From Sulfuricurvum sp. (GTDB taxonomy: Bacteria > Campylobacterota > Campylobacteria > Campylobacterales > Sulfurimonadaceae): a stretch of 60,729 nt of DNA. A program made the position numbers and the translations under genes. The notes beneath the pieces are model-generated. The model was not told the DNA's origin. It ran no database searches and saw only the letters and a list, made by a program, of their open reading frames with translations. Below are positions 10,691 to 21,269 of the stretch, piece after piece (positions within the stretch are counted from its first letter, which is position 1; each line of letters starts with the position of its first letter). The stretch lies in NCBI GenBank assembly GCA_036277315.1, contig DASUNE010000143.1, positions 1-60,729 on the forward strand, read 5' to 3'.

Positions 10691-10933
10691 ATGGAACTAA
10701 AATTTGCACGCACTGAGCTTGACACAAAACCAAAAAAAGTAGATCTTAAAAAAATTACGGAAATGGTGGAAAAAAGCAATTCATCCATCCTCTATTTCGA
10801 TCGTGAAAACTCACACAAAGATCTTCTTGCACTCCAAGACCACTTTGAAGGATTAGGAAAGAGTTTTTACATGCGCGAAGTAAAATTTGGACTTTCTGCC
10901 AGTGAATATATGTATGAGGTTCACATTTTATAA
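10691..10933 (+). CDS. HP0268-family small nuclease
   Basis: MELKFAR..., [18 protein letters not shown]...YMYEVH pattern; directly upstream of miaB as in Helicobacter. Confidence 0.85.
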   Translation: MELKFARTELDTKPKKVDLKKITEMVEKSNSSILYFDRENSHKDLLALQDHFEGLGKSFYMREVKFGLSASEYMYEVHIL

Positions 10934-12231
10934 TGTCTAAAAAGCTTTTTATCGAGACTCTCGGATGCGCGATGAACGTTCGCGATTCGGAGCATATGAT
11001 CGCAGAGCTCAATGCGCATGAGGGATATGTCCTCACTGACGATGCGCGAGATGCGGATCTTATTCTTATTAATACCTGTTCCGTTCGTGAGAAGCCGGTT
11101 CACAAACTGTTTTCTGAACTTGGAGTCTTTAACAAGCTCAAAAAAGCCGATGCAAAAATCGGTGTCTGCGGCTGTACGGCTTCCCATTTGGGTAAAGAGA
11201 TCATCAAGCGTGCTCCGTATGTGAACTTTGTCCTTGGTGCCCGTAACGTTTCGAAAATTGCGGATGTCCTTCACAAGGATAAAGCGGTCGAAATCGAAAT
11301 CGATTACGATGAGTCGCAGTTTGCCTTTAAAGATTTTCGCACCAGTACCCATAAAGCATACATCAACATCTCTATCGGATGCGATAAGCAATGCACCTTT
11401 TGCATCGTCCCTAAGACACGTGGCGATGAGATCTCTATTCCTGCCGATTTGATCGTTGCCGAAGCACGTAAAGCGGCCCTTAACGGAGCTAAAGAGATTT
11501 TTTTATTGGGACAAAACGTTAATAACTACGGCCGCCGTTTTTCGGGTGATAACGAAAAAATTAACTTTACAAAATTATTGCGCCTGGTCAGTGAGATTCC
11601 AGAGGTAGAGCGTATTCGATTTACCTCTCCTCATCCGCTTCATATGGATGACGAGTTTATTGAAGAGTTTGCGCGCAATCCTAAGATTTGCAAATCAATG
11701 CACATGCCGTTGCAAAGCGGTTCAAATGAGATTTTAAAAGCGATGAAACGCGGCTATACCAAAGAGTGGTTTTTAAATCGTGCGGCAAAACTGCGCGAGA
11801 TGGTCCCTAATGTGAGCATCAGCACCGATATCATCGTAGCCTTTCCGGGTGAGAGTGATGAAGATTTTGCGGACACGATGGATGTCCTCAATAAAGTGCG
11901 TTTTGAACAGGTCTTTAGTTTCAAATATTCTCCACGACCCCACACGGAAGCTGAAAAGATGACGGAAGTGGATTCAGAAATAGGCTCAGAACGGTTAAAT
12001 ATGCTTCAATCACGCCATGATGAGATTTTGGATGAGCTTAAGCATGAGAATTTGCACAAAGTCGTCGAGGTTTACTTTGAAGAGTTGCGTAACGATGGCT
12101 ATGTTGCCGGTCGCAGTGACAATAACCTTTCGGTAAAAGTCAAAGGGAGCGAAGAGCTGCTGGGGAAAATAGCGCCAGTGAAAATTACGGAGGCTTCTCG
12201 AACCGTACAACACGGAGAGATTGTTGCGTAA
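10933..12231 (+). CDS. miaB: tRNA-2-methylthio-N6-dimethylallyladenosine synthase
   Basis: [19 protein letters not shown], radical [12 protein letters not shown]-terminal TRAM domain. Confidence 0.96.
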   Translation: MSKKLFIETLGCAMNVRDSEHMIAELNAHEGYVLTDDARDADLILINTCSVREKPVHKLFSELGVFNKLKKADAKIGVCGCTASHLGKEIIKRAPYVNFVLGARNVSKIADVLHKDKAVEIEIDYDESQFAFKDFRTSTHKAYINISIGCDKQCTFCIVPKTRGDEISIPADLIVAEARKAALNGAKEIFLLGQNVNNYGRRFSGDNEKINFTKLLRLVSEIPEVERIRFTSPHPLHMDDEFIEEFARNPKICKSMHMPLQSGSNEILKAMKRGYTKEWFLNRAAKLREMVPNVSISTDIIVAFPGESDEDFADTMDVLNKVRFEQVFSFKYSPRPHTEAEKMTEVDSEIGSERLNMLQSRHDEILDELKHENLHKVVEVYFEELRNDGYVAGRSDNNLSVKVKGSEELLGKIAPVKITEASRTVQHGEIVA

Positions 12232-12850
12232 GCAAATCCTTCGCACACTGGCTATGTGGATCCTTCCGCTGGTTGGTTCATTGCTTATCCGTCTGATTTA
12301 TCTCACCTCTATAAAACGGTTTCATCTTCCCTCTTTCATTCCCAATGAACCCGTTATTTTTGTTTTTTGGCACTCTGATCTTTTAATGCAGCCTTATTTG
12401 TATTATCAATTTCGTTCGATTCCTAAAGCCAAAGTGATTATCAGTGAGCATTTTGATGGACAGATCATTGCGGGCGTTATCAAATTTTTCGGATTGGGAA
12501 CAATTCATGGCTCATCGACGAGAGGCGGCGCTAAAGTACTCATACAGGGATTAAAAGTACTTGAGGATGGGTATGATATCGGTATCACTCCCGATGGCCC
12601 AAAAGGACCTCGTTATAGCATAGGCAATGGGGTCGTGGTCATGGCGCAAAAACGAAATACGAAAGTCATAGTATTTCACTGTCGTCCATCACGTTATTGG
12701 CAGCTCTCCAGCTGGGATAAGTTTGTTATTCCAAAACCGTTTGGAGTGCTTGATTTTTACGCATCCGAGCCGATTGATTTAGGAGGGTTGGAGCTTGAAG
12801 AGGCAAAGGCCCTATTGGGTAAAAAACTGATGGAACATGCCCTTTTATGA
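12221..12850 (+). CDS. lpxJ: DUF374-family lipid A acyltransferase (LpxJ-like)
   Basis: [36 protein letters not shown] motifs; position after miaB as for HP0270/LpxJ. Confidence 0.75.
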   Translation: MLRKQILRTLAMWILPLVGSLLIRLIYLTSIKRFHLPSFIPNEPVIFVFWHSDLLMQPYLYYQFRSIPKAKVIISEHFDGQIIAGVIKFFGLGTIHGSSTRGGAKVLIQGLKVLEDGYDIGITPDGPKGPRYSIGNGVVVMAQKRNTKVIVFHCRPSRYWQLSSWDKFVIPKPFGVLDFYASEPIDLGGLELEEAKALLGKKLMEHALL

Positions 12851-13689
12851 GAAAAGAGCTGCATCGCCAAAAAGAGTCATTTCTTAAACATTTGGATGGA
12901 ATGCTGGGATATTCTCCCTTAACATTGATCAGTTACGGTGAGTCGATTGATCAGATGCTGCAACTATCAGAGATATGGGAAGAGGATGGGAAAGTTCAGA
13001 TCAATTTAACCCCGCTTCGTCTTCGTATTGCTTCCCTTAAGCCTAAAACGATTTCCACAAAATTGAGCGCGATTCGCAGTTTTGTCAAATATTTAAAGAC
13101 AAAGGATTGGGGTATTGCGCTGCGCGGCGATGAAGCAATAAAAATCCCAAAAACACTTCCAAAGCCAATTTCCCATGACCATATTCTTGGCGCGCTTCAA
13201 CATGCAAATCCATCGGAGAAGCTGGTGATTTCTCTTCTTTACTCCATGGGGCTTCGTATTTCTGAACTGGCGAATCTGAAACTGTCGGATGTGCATGAAG
13301 AGTGGTGCCGTGTTTTAGGTAAAGGAAAAAAAGAGCGCGATGTTCCGATGCTTGAAGATGTGTATTCGCTGTTTCGCTCGGTACAGCTCTCAACGCCTAG
13401 TTGTGAGTATGTATTTGAGGAAAAAGGTGAAAAATTAAGCGAAAATAGTCTAAGATATATCATTACCAAGGCATTTGCAAAGGTTGGGTTGAGGGTTACT
13501 CCTCATCAGCTAAGGCATTCGTATGCGACAGAGTTGTTAAACAATGGTGCTCGAATCGCCGATGTTAGTGAATTACTTGGACACAGTAGCATGGCAACGA
13601 CACAGATTTATACCAAATTGGGAAATGCAATAAAAATGGAACACTACTTACATTCCCATCCCTTGTGCACAAAAACAGAGGAATCTTAG
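12847..13689 (+). CDS. XerC/XerD-like tyrosine recombinase
   Basis: Complete catalytic set: GLRISEL (R), GKGKKER (K), HQLRH (HxxR), LLGH, TQIY (Y); 280 aa. Confidence 0.9.
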   Translation: MRKELHRQKESFLKHLDGMLGYSPLTLISYGESIDQMLQLSEIWEEDGKVQINLTPLRLRIASLKPKTISTKLSAIRSFVKYLKTKDWGIALRGDEAIKIPKTLPKPISHDHILGALQHANPSEKLVISLLYSMGLRISELANLKLSDVHEEWCRVLGKGKKERDVPMLEDVYSLFRSVQLSTPSCEYVFEEKGEKLSENSLRYIITKAFAKVGLRVTPHQLRHSYATELLNNGARIADVSELLGHSSMATTQIYTKLGNAIKMEHYLHSHPLCTKTEES

Positions 13690-14738
13690 TGCTAAAGAAA
13701 TTGTTTCAAAAGATTTTTATCTCTATTGTCCCTGTTGAAGATGGCTATGAGGTCATGAGCGTTACGGTAAAAAATAAAAAAGTATTAGCCAAAGAGCAGA
13801 AGCATTTTGTCGGAAATGTTCCTTCGAATTCGATGAATCGATACGTTCAAAATAAAGTCGATGCCTCCCCGTTTTTTTACATCAGTACCCTTAATATGTA
13901 TGGCAATCAGGGGGCATACAAAGGGTGTATGCGTCCATCACTTCATTTTCGAAATGAAGATGTGGTGGGAATACAAACGGTCTATCGCAACAATGAGTGG
14001 ACGCAGTATGCCTCTTTGGATGAATTGCATCGGCTGAAGGTCCAGTACGCTGAAATTGGGTTGGATTTTATTTTTTCTCCTTTCTCTATGATCGAATTTT
14101 ATTTTGCGGATAAAATAAAAAATACTTTGGCTTTGTATGCTTTTGGAATGCCGGGTTTGTTTGCTATTGCAATTTTTGATGGCGGAAAATTGGAATATGC
14201 GTTTTATCATACGGCAGATTCTGCACAAAAAAAAGCCCAAGGCGAAATGTCATTGTCCTCTATGGACTTTTCATCCCCTGTAATGGAAGAAGATATGCAC
14301 GACGACCGAACCATTTCGCTTGATGATATAGAGGATTTGGAGGACTTGGATCTTTTGGATGATCTGGATTCATTTGGCGAGATTGCTGACTTGGATGATC
14401 TGGATGAAGTCAGCGAGTTTAGTGAAGATATTCTGACACCCGAAGAAATTCGGCAGGAGAAGCAAAGCAATGCGGGTGCTTCAAAAAAAGCCATTGAGGG
14501 ATCGGGGGAAGAATACGAACGCTTTGAATTTATTCAAAAAACCCTCCAACGTTTTTATTCGAGCGATCAATGTGCCAATCGTTTTGTAGAAACGGTATGC
14601 ATTGCGGATGCTGGACATGGCGGAGATGAGCTGAAGCGTTATCTTGAAGAAGAACTCTACTTGAATGTATTGATAAGACATGTCAATGCATGCGAGGGCA
14701 TTAATGCTTTAGCACTTATGGAAGAGGAGTCTTTGTGA
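13689..14738 (+). CDS. Degenerate PilM-like protein (HP0271-like, flagellar cage/T4P alignment component)
   Basis: GLDFIFSPF motif, long acidic tract; first gene of a pilM/N/O-like trio; probable GTG start at 13689; call rests mainly on synteny. Confidence 0.6.
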   Translation: MLKKLFQKIFISIVPVEDGYEVMSVTVKNKKVLAKEQKHFVGNVPSNSMNRYVQNKVDASPFFYISTLNMYGNQGAYKGCMRPSLHFRNEDVVGIQTVYRNNEWTQYASLDELHRLKVQYAEIGLDFIFSPFSMIEFYFADKIKNTLALYAFGMPGLFAIAIFDGGKLEYAFYHTADSAQKKAQGEMSLSSMDFSSPVMEEDMHDDRTISLDDIEDLEDLDLLDDLDSFGEIADLDDLDEVSEFSEDILTPEEIRQEKQSNAGASKKAIEGSGEEYERFEFIQKTLQRFYSSDQCANRFVETVCIADAGHGGDELKRYLEEELYLNVLIRHVNACEGINALALMEEESL

Positions 14739-15262
14739 TCTACAGCTTTAGTACTCCGCGGCCAAAACGCATTATTAGCGGTGAGATGCGTTTGGCCCTC
14801 TTTTTCTTTACCATCAGTATTTCGATGGTGGTATTTGCGTATGGATTTTTGGCATACAAAGCGCAGCTGTTTCATGCGCAGCACAAATCGTTTAATCAAA
14901 ACAGTGAACAGCTGGAGGATGCAAAGCGTGAGATCGAAAAAAGAATTTTTATCATTGAATCGGAAGTAAAGAAAAGCGAACAAATTTCCACGAACAATAT
15001 GGTTATGAAAGAGAGTATTCGTAATTTGTTCGATCTTGTACCGGACAGCATTACGCTGACCAAAGCTCAACTGGATGAAAAATCACTCATTTTGTATGGG
15101 GAAACACCCAACAAGGATACGTATGAATTTATGCTTCAATCGCCATTGAGGTCTATTTTTCATCGCACATACACGAGCTTTTATCCCATAGAAAATGGCT
15201 GGTATAATTTTGTTTCGACGAATTATTTGGATGAAGAGAGCGTTGTTGAGGTGCAAGAGTGA
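14735..15262 (+). CDS. PilN-like protein (HP0272-like)
   Basis: N-terminal TM, coiled coil, LFDLVPDSITL..LILYG PilN-type signature. Confidence 0.7.
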   Translation: MIYSFSTPRPKRIISGEMRLALFFFTISISMVVFAYGFLAYKAQLFHAQHKSFNQNSEQLEDAKREIEKRIFIIESEVKKSEQISTNNMVMKESIRNLFDLVPDSITLTKAQLDEKSLILYGETPNKDTYEFMLQSPLRSIFHRTYTSFYPIENGWYNFVSTNYLDEESVVEVQE

Positions 15263-15840
15263 ATTTACAGATGAACAATAGAACGTTTTACTTACTGCTT
15301 CTTTCTTTCTTTTTGATGATCAGTATATTTATTTTTTCATTTTTATTTCTCATTCCACAAGGGAAAGAGTATCGGATACTTCGCTTAGAGAACAAAAAAG
15401 AGACTCGGATATTGGATTCATCCCGAGAAGAACGCGATCGGCTTCAAGAAAAACTAGAAAAATTAGAACAGAAGCACAAGGGTACAATTCAAGCATTTAA
15501 GACAACGTTCAATCCCCAAAAATTTACAAGGCTGTACGAGAAAGATTTTCAAGATCTTTTTATAAGCGAGCTTGAAATGAGTGATCATAATGGATCGTTT
15601 AAAATTTATGAGGTCAATGCGACAGCAAAAATCAATTCGCCGGAAACGTTTTACCATTTTCTGGATAAAGTCAATCACAGCAATTGGATTATTGGGGTGA
15701 ATTTCCCGATTCATTTTGAGAGGGAGGGAGATTTGATCAAGTCTTCATTTACCATGAAAGTCCATCATGTTTCGCACGTCAAAGAGGAAATGGACGAAGA
15801 GATAAAAGAGTCTAAGCCTGAGAGTAAAAAAAGGGATTAG
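15259..15840 (+). CDS. PilO-like protein (HP0273-like)
   Basis: N-terminal TM ending LIP, coiled coil, FYHFLDKVN segment; follows the PilN-like gene. Confidence 0.62.
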   Translation: MNLQMNNRTFYLLLLSFFLMISIFIFSFLFLIPQGKEYRILRLENKKETRILDSSREERDRLQEKLEKLEQKHKGTIQAFKTTFNPQKFTRLYEKDFQDLFISELEMSDHNGSFKIYEVNATAKINSPETFYHFLDKVNHSNWIIGVNFPIHFEREGDLIKSSFTMKVHHVSHVKEEMDEEIKESKPESKKRD

Positions 15841-15846
15841 CCCTTT

Positions 15847-16611
15847 TTATTTCATCTCTTTGGCTCTAGCATGCGCAAGATGTACTGCTTCCATGAAGGC
15901 ATTTCGAACACATGCATCTTCCAATGCGCCGTATCCGGCTGCTGTTGTCCCTCCTGGACTCATAACATTGTCTTTTAACAGTGCAGGGTGTGTTGTTTGA
16001 ATAAGCTCTCCAAAGCCTTTGAAAAGGCCGCGCATCAATGTCATAGCCTGTTCACGTTTTAACCCCTCACGTACAGCTCCATCACACAGGGCTTCGGCAA
16101 TCAGCGCTAAATAAGCGGGTCCGCTTCCTGCTAATGCGGTTGCAATATCAAGCTCTTTTTCACTCTCCAGCCACAAGGCCATTCCAATGGATTGAAATAA
16201 AAGCAGCGCCTCCTCTTGTAAAGAAGGATCCCCCACAAGCGATGTCATCGATGCGCCAGTCTGAGCCGCAAGATTTGGCATGGCCCGAACATAAGAGTGT
16301 GCATCAATACAGTGCAAAGAAGCAAGAGATGTCCCTGCAAGAACGGAATAGAGCGTTTTTGCTTTTCCCTTAAGAAGAGTGGAAACGTCGGAAAGGTTAG
16401 AAGGCTTTACGCATAAAATAAGGGTTTTCCCCTCGCAATCGCTGTTTGAAAAGAGTGTTTTTTGAATCCCTTCCCCAACCTCGCGTTCAAACTCTTCCAA
16501 GCGGTGCAGATTTCGCCCAATAACCTCAAGCGAATAGGTTGCTTTGAGCCCTTTGGCGATTGCAAGAGCCATTTTCCCGTTGCCAACAAGAGTGATGGAA
16601 GGTTTAGTCAT
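15847..16611 (-). CDS. proC: Pyrroline-5-carboxylate reductase
   Basis: VGNGKMA, VRAMPN, TALAGSGPAY, VMSPGGTT; true start probably ATG 16611 (MTKPSITL). Confidence 0.94.
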   Translation of the reverse strand: MTKPSITLVGNGKMALAIAKGLKATYSLEVIGRNLHRLEEFEREVGEGIQKTLFSNSDCEGKTLILCVKPSNLSDVSTLLKGKAKTLYSVLAGTSLASLHCIDAHSYVRAMPNLAAQTGASMTSLVGDPSLQEEALLLFQSIGMALWLESEKELDIATALAGSGPAYLALIAEALCDGAVREGLKREQAMTLMRGLFKGFGELIQTTHPALLKDNVMSPGGTTAAGYGALEDACVRNAFMEAVHLAHARAKEMK

Positions 16612-16993
16612 GGCTTGCGTCTTTGAGGTAATTTTTGATCGGCTCCGCGATTGCAAAATCAGGACGATTATCGAGAATGATTTGCGCCATGGTCCCATTG
16701 GTCGCGTTAAAAACAAGAGGAGCCACAAAATTTATAGAAGACTCTTCGATCGGCGTTGTAAGAATAACGAGATTGTAAATAAGAAGATTACTCTCCTCAT
16801 TGATGTCCATAAGGGCTTGAAGAGAGGTCGGTATATCAAAACTGTATTCACGCAAGGCAAAAGGGTTAATAAGGGTAAAAGAGAGCTCTTGATCGGTGCT
16901 TTCGAGGCGCATAAAAATATCGTCGATCTTTTTGAGCTCCATTTGCGTCGTGGACTCAAATCCAAGTAGTGGGAGTTTTAACGTAAACTGCAT
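16604..16993 (-). CDS. fliW: Flagellar assembly factor FliW (CsrA antagonist)
   Basis: PLLGFE, FTLINPFALREY, INFVAPLVFN...MAQIIL. Confidence 0.92.
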   Translation of the reverse strand: MQFTLKLPLLGFESTTQMELKKIDDIFMRLESTDQELSFTLINPFALREYSFDIPTSLQALMDINEESNLLIYNLVILTTPIEESSINFVAPLVFNATNGTMAQIILDNRPDFAIAEPIKNYLKDASHD

Positions 16994-17105
16994 TGTTGCC
17001 TCTTAGGAGTATAAATTGGATTAATTTTAACACAAAAAAGGTTCAACAATGTAGTATTAATCTCTTTTTGGTAGAATTGTAGCTACTTTAATTGAAAACG
17101 GATAA

Positions 17106-17831
17106 GTGATGAAGATGATTCGAGGCGTGATAGCAGCAGTTGCAGTGATTTTTTTTATGAGTGGATGCGGCAAAGAGTTGGATGAATACAATAAACCTGC
17201 CGATTATTGGTATGAAAAAATGATTACAGCGGTATCCAATGGTAATCTCGAAAAGGCGGACAACTATTTCAGTTCGTTACAAAGCGAGCACATAGGCTCT
17301 CCGCTTTTGGGAGAGGCAACGCTTATTATGGCTCAGGCGCATATGGCGTACGAAGAATATTTGCTTGCCGAGCATTTTTTGGACGAATACAATCGTCGTT
17401 ACGCTACGCGTGAAGGACGTGAATACGCAGAATTTTTGAAAATTAAATCAAAATTTTTAGCGCTTCCAAATCCAGGACGGGATCAAGGGCTTATCGATGA
17501 AACGCTCAAGGGGATCAATGTTTTCAGGGGAACCTACCCGCGCTCTACGTACATGCCATTGATCAACACGATGGAGACTCAGCTGCAGCTTGCCAAAGGG
17601 ACACTAAACGGTCAGATCGCTCAGCTGTATGATCGATTGCAAAAGCCAAAAGGGGCACAATACTACCGCGGCATTGCACCGGTAACATGGATTGATCCCA
17701 AAGAGGTTGTCCCTGCTAATATTCCATGGTATCGTGAGATGTTTGAGGGAGATGGGACAAGCAGCTGGTATGCCTTTATGATTCCGCAGACCCGCAGCGT
17801 TGTCTCGATGGATGATAATGAGACCAAGTAA
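17106..17831 (+). CDS. bamD: Outer membrane protein assembly factor BamD
   Basis: Lipobox MSG-C, EYNKPADYWY, TPR-like helices; upstream of lon as in Campylobacterota. Confidence 0.85.
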   Translation: MMKMIRGVIAAVAVIFFMSGCGKELDEYNKPADYWYEKMITAVSNGNLEKADNYFSSLQSEHIGSPLLGEATLIMAQAHMAYEEYLLAEHFLDEYNRRYATREGREYAEFLKIKSKFLALPNPGRDQGLIDETLKGINVFRGTYPRSTYMPLINTMETQLQLAKGTLNGQIAQLYDRLQKPKGAQYYRGIAPVTWIDPKEVVPANIPWYREMFEGDGTSSWYAFMIPQTRSVVSMDDNETK

Positions 17832-17875
17832 GTAAGCGTTAAAAAAATAAATAAACTTTTGGTAAGGAAATATTT

Positions 17876-20299
17876 ATGCAATTAAGTAACTATGCCGCTT
17901 TTCCTACAACATTACCTGTTATTGCCGAGGATGAGCTTTTTTTATACCCTTTTATGATTTCACCTATTTTTTTGAGTGATGAAAAAAATATTGCAGCGGC
18001 TGCCGAAGCCATTGAAAATAACTCATTGATTATTGTGTGTCCTGTTAAACCGGATCATGAAGGATCTCGGGAGATGGATGCCGTGTATGATGCGGGAGTC
18101 ATCGGCTCAATCATGCGTAAAGTCGTTCTTCCTGACGGACGCATTAAGGTACTGTTTCAAGGCTTGGCTCGCGGGCATATTGTCGCTATGACGCATGGTG
18201 ATCCTCTTCGAGCCAATGTCGATATTATCCAGTCCTCGAGTGTGAATGCCCTTAAAATGGATGCGATTTTGGAGATTTTACGGGAAAAAGTGCGGGCTCT
18301 TTCGCAAGTGAGTAACTACTTTCCGCCCGATTTGCTTCGCACGATTGAGGAAAATCACGAATACAACCGTATTGTTGATCTCATTTCAAGTTCGATCAAG
18401 ATGAAAAAAGAGAATGCGTATAAACTTTTTGTCGAGCGTGATCCTGAAAAACGTTTTTTGATGCTGATCGATGAACTTATTGAAGAAACAGAAGCCAATA
18501 AGCTTCAAAAAGAGATCCGTTCCAAAGTGCATACCCGCATCGAAAAAGTGAACAAAGAGTATTTCCTCAAAGAGCAGCTCAAGCAGATACAAAAAGAGTT
18601 GGGAACCGATACCCATCGCGAAGAAGAGATCGAAGAGTTTCGTAAAAAGCTCGAAGTCAAAAAAGACAAGATGCATCCCGATGCGTACAAAGAGACCAAC
18701 AAACAGTTGGAACGTTTTGCACGGATGCATCCGGACAGCGGGGATGCGGGGATGCTGCAAACCTATTTGGAATACGTTCTTGAGATACCGTTTGGGGAAG
18801 AGGCCAAAAAAGCGCTCAATGTGCATGAGGTTGAAAATCAACTCAACAAAGACCACTTTTCACTCAAAAAACCAAAACAGCGTATTTTGGAATATTTTTC
18901 GGTGCGTGAACTGCTGGAGCTTCGCGGACATGCGGACAAAGAGGGGCGTGGGGCAATTTTGTGTTTTGCAGGCCCTCCGGGTGTGGGTAAAACCTCCCTC
19001 GCCAACTCTATTGCTACTGCGCTTAAACGCCCGCTTGTACGGATTGCGTTGGGTGGATTAGAGGATGTCAATGAGCTTCGAGGGCATCGTCGCACCTACG
19101 TTGGAGCGATGCCTGGACGTATTGTTCAGGGGGTGATTGAGGCCAAAAAGATGAACCCGATTATTGTGTTGGATGAAATCGATAAAATCTCAAAATCACA
19201 CCGAGGAGATCCAACGGCGGTATTGTTGGAGATCTTAGATCCTGAGCAAAACACCCATTTTAGGGATTATTACCTCAATTTCAATCTTGATTTGAGCAAG
19301 GCGATTTTTATTGCTACGGCCAATGATGTGGGACAAATTCCGGGACCGTTGCGTGATCGGATGGAGTTCATCCCTGTAAGCTCGTATACGCCACAAGAGA
19401 AGTACGAGATTGCCAGACAGTATCTGATCCCTCAAGAGCTCAAAAAACATGGACTAAAACCCTCAGAGCTCTCGATTTCAAAAACAGCACTGTTGGATGT
19501 GATCGAAAAGCATACGCGTGAAGCCGGGGTTCGAAATCTGCGCCGCCGTGTAGCCGATATTGTTCGTAAAACTGCGAAAAGGATTCTCGAAGACCCCAAT
19601 ACGCTCAAAGTCAGTGTAACGCTCAAAAATATTAAAGACTTTTTGGAAAAAACGGTCTTTGAGATCGAAAAGACCGATCATATTAACCGTGTGGGTGTTG
19701 TCAATGGTCTGGCGTGGACGGCGGTCGGCGGGGATGTTCTCAAAATCGAAGCAATACGGATTAACGGGAAAGGGACGCTCCAGCTCACAGGTAGTTTGGG
19801 TGATGTGATGAAAGAGTCGGCTCGAATCGCTCTCTCGGTGGTAAAAACGTTGATCGACAGCGGTACGATTACCATCGATCACTCGATCATCCCTCTCTCA
19901 GCCACTGAGCGTGAGAGTGCAACCGTGGTTGATGCGAGTGAAGTGTACAAGCGTTTTGATCTGCATATCCACGTTCCTGATGGGGCTACTCCTAAAGACG
20001 GTCCGAGTGCGGGAATCGCCATGTCAACGGTTATCGCCTCGATTTTAACCAATAAAAAAGTGCGTGCCGATATCGCTATGACAGGAGAAGTCTCACTCAC
20101 GGGAAATGTCCTTCCTATTGGCGGACTCAAAGAGAAGCTGATCGCAGCGCACCGTGCAGGGATGAAGCTTGCCTTAATCCCTCAAAAAAACTATGAGCGT
20201 GATTTAGTCGATATTCCTGACGAAGTGAAAAGCGTTCTTGAAATTCGGGGTGTTAGTCGCATTGAAGAGGTTTTAGAGGCTCTTTTAATCGACGTATAA
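17876..20299 (+). CDS. lon: ATP-dependent Lon protease
   Basis: GPPGVGKTS Walker [22 protein letters not shown] catalytic Ser, IGGLKEK catalytic Lys. Confidence 0.97.
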   Translation: MQLSNYAAFPTTLPVIAEDELFLYPFMISPIFLSDEKNIAAAAEAIENNSLIIVCPVKPDHEGSREMDAVYDAGVIGSIMRKVVLPDGRIKVLFQGLARGHIVAMTHGDPLRANVDIIQSSSVNALKMDAILEILREKVRALSQVSNYFPPDLLRTIEENHEYNRIVDLISSSIKMKKENAYKLFVERDPEKRFLMLIDELIEETEANKLQKEIRSKVHTRIEKVNKEYFLKEQLKQIQKELGTDTHREEEIEEFRKKLEVKKDKMHPDAYKETNKQLERFARMHPDSGDAGMLQTYLEYVLEIPFGEEAKKALNVHEVENQLNKDHFSLKKPKQRILEYFSVRELLELRGHADKEGRGAILCFAGPPGVGKTSLANSIATALKRPLVRIALGGLEDVNELRGHRRTYVGAMPGRIVQGVIEAKKMNPIIVLDEIDKISKSHRGDPTAVLLEILDPEQNTHFRDYYLNFNLDLSKAIFIATANDVGQIPGPLRDRMEFIPVSSYTPQEKYEIARQYLIPQELKKHGLKPSELSISKTALLDVIEKHTREAGVRNLRRRVADIVRKTAKRILEDPNTLKVSVTLKNIKDFLEKTVFEIEKTDHINRVGVVNGLAWTAVGGDVLKIEAIRINGKGTLQLTGSLGDVMKESARIALSVVKTLIDSGTITIDHSIIPLSATERESATVVDASEVYKRFDLHIHVPDGATPKDGPSAGIAMSTVIASILTNKKVRADIAMTGEVSLTGNVLPIGGLKEKLIAAHRAGMKLALIPQKNYERDLVDIPDEVKSVLEIRGVSRIEEVLEALLIDV

Positions 20300-21269
20300 G
20301 AGCAAATGCTTCGTGTGCCCCATAAAGATATCCGCGTAATTTCGGATCTATTTTAAGTTTTCTGCACTCTTCTTTAAAGCCCTTATCCATCACAATTTTT
20401 GGATAATAAGGGGCAATAAATGTCCTGTTTTCTTCCATTGATACTACGTATTGGCGGGAAATAACGCAACTTTTCTCTTTTTTCAAACGCTCTTTTTCAT
20501 GTCCGCTCATTAGTATTCCAAGCGACTTTAGGTGCTGGTCGATACCGTAAATAAGTGAGCGTGTCGAACTTGGATTGGTCGCATAATAAAGCTCTTGAAC
20601 CGATTCAAAAAGAACTTTCTCAATGAGTAAATCACTGTCTTCATCAAGATAGCGAAAGCTTCGTCGTATGGCATCGGAATGCTCACGCATGATGGGCGTG
20701 CTATGACGGTGCCGAAAACGGTTACGGGTATAGCTCTCATCGCTATTGCTCTCGTCAATAAAATGACTTAGATTGTGTCGGTTCAAATATGCTTCAATCT
20801 CTTGACGATTGTGTTGGAGAAGGGGACGAAGGATGGAGAGCTTTCCCCGCGTATCCTGCGATTTAATCCCCAGTAATTCAGGCAATCCGCAACCGCGTGT
20901 TAATTGCATGAGCATCCATTCCAACCGATCGTTGAGCTGATGGGCAGTTAGGAGATAGGTGTAGCGGTATTTTTCCATAAGCGTTTCGAAAAAAGCGTAG
21001 CGCTCTTCGCGGGCACGGTGCTCGAAATTGATACTATCAAGACGGCAAGAGTGACTATGGCATTGTAGATTGTAGCTATGTGCCAGCGTTTGGGCATTGA
21101 GAGCTTCGGTCTCGCTGGCGGCTCTCGTGTGATAGTTGACATGGGCGATATCAAACGCAATATTGTTTTCAAGGAGGATGTGAAACAAAGCAGTTGAATC
21201 CACTCCGCCTGAGAAAGCTAGGAGGACTTTCCCCTCACGAAGCTGTTCGAGGTGTAAAAGTTTACGCAT
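20253..21269 (-). CDS. tilS: tRNA(Ile)-lysidine synthase
   Basis: AFSGGVDS PP-loop, TAHQLND, RPLL, DESN, RNRFRH; probable start ATG 21269. Confidence 0.93.
   Translation of the reverse strand: MRKLLHLEQLREGKVLLAFSGGVDSTALFHILLENNIAFDIAHVNYHTRAASETEALNAQTLAHSYNLQCHSHSCRLDSINFEHRAREERYAFFETLMEKYRYTYLLTAHQLNDRLEWMLMQLTRGCGLPELLGIKSQDTRGKLSILRPLLQHNRQEIEAYLNRHNLSHFIDESNSDESYTRNRFRHRHSTPIMREHSDAIRRSFRYLDEDSDLLIEKVLFESVQELYYATNPSSTRSLIYGIDQHLKSLGILMSGHEKERLKKEKSCVISRQYVVSMEENRTFIAPYYPKIVMDKGFKEECRKLKIDPKLRGYLYGAHEAFALIRRLKEPLKPLQCD

Noticed and set aside
20253-20299. 47-bp convergent overlap of the lon and tilS 3' ends
   Set aside because: Short tail-to-tail overlaps are common in compact genomes; no further signal
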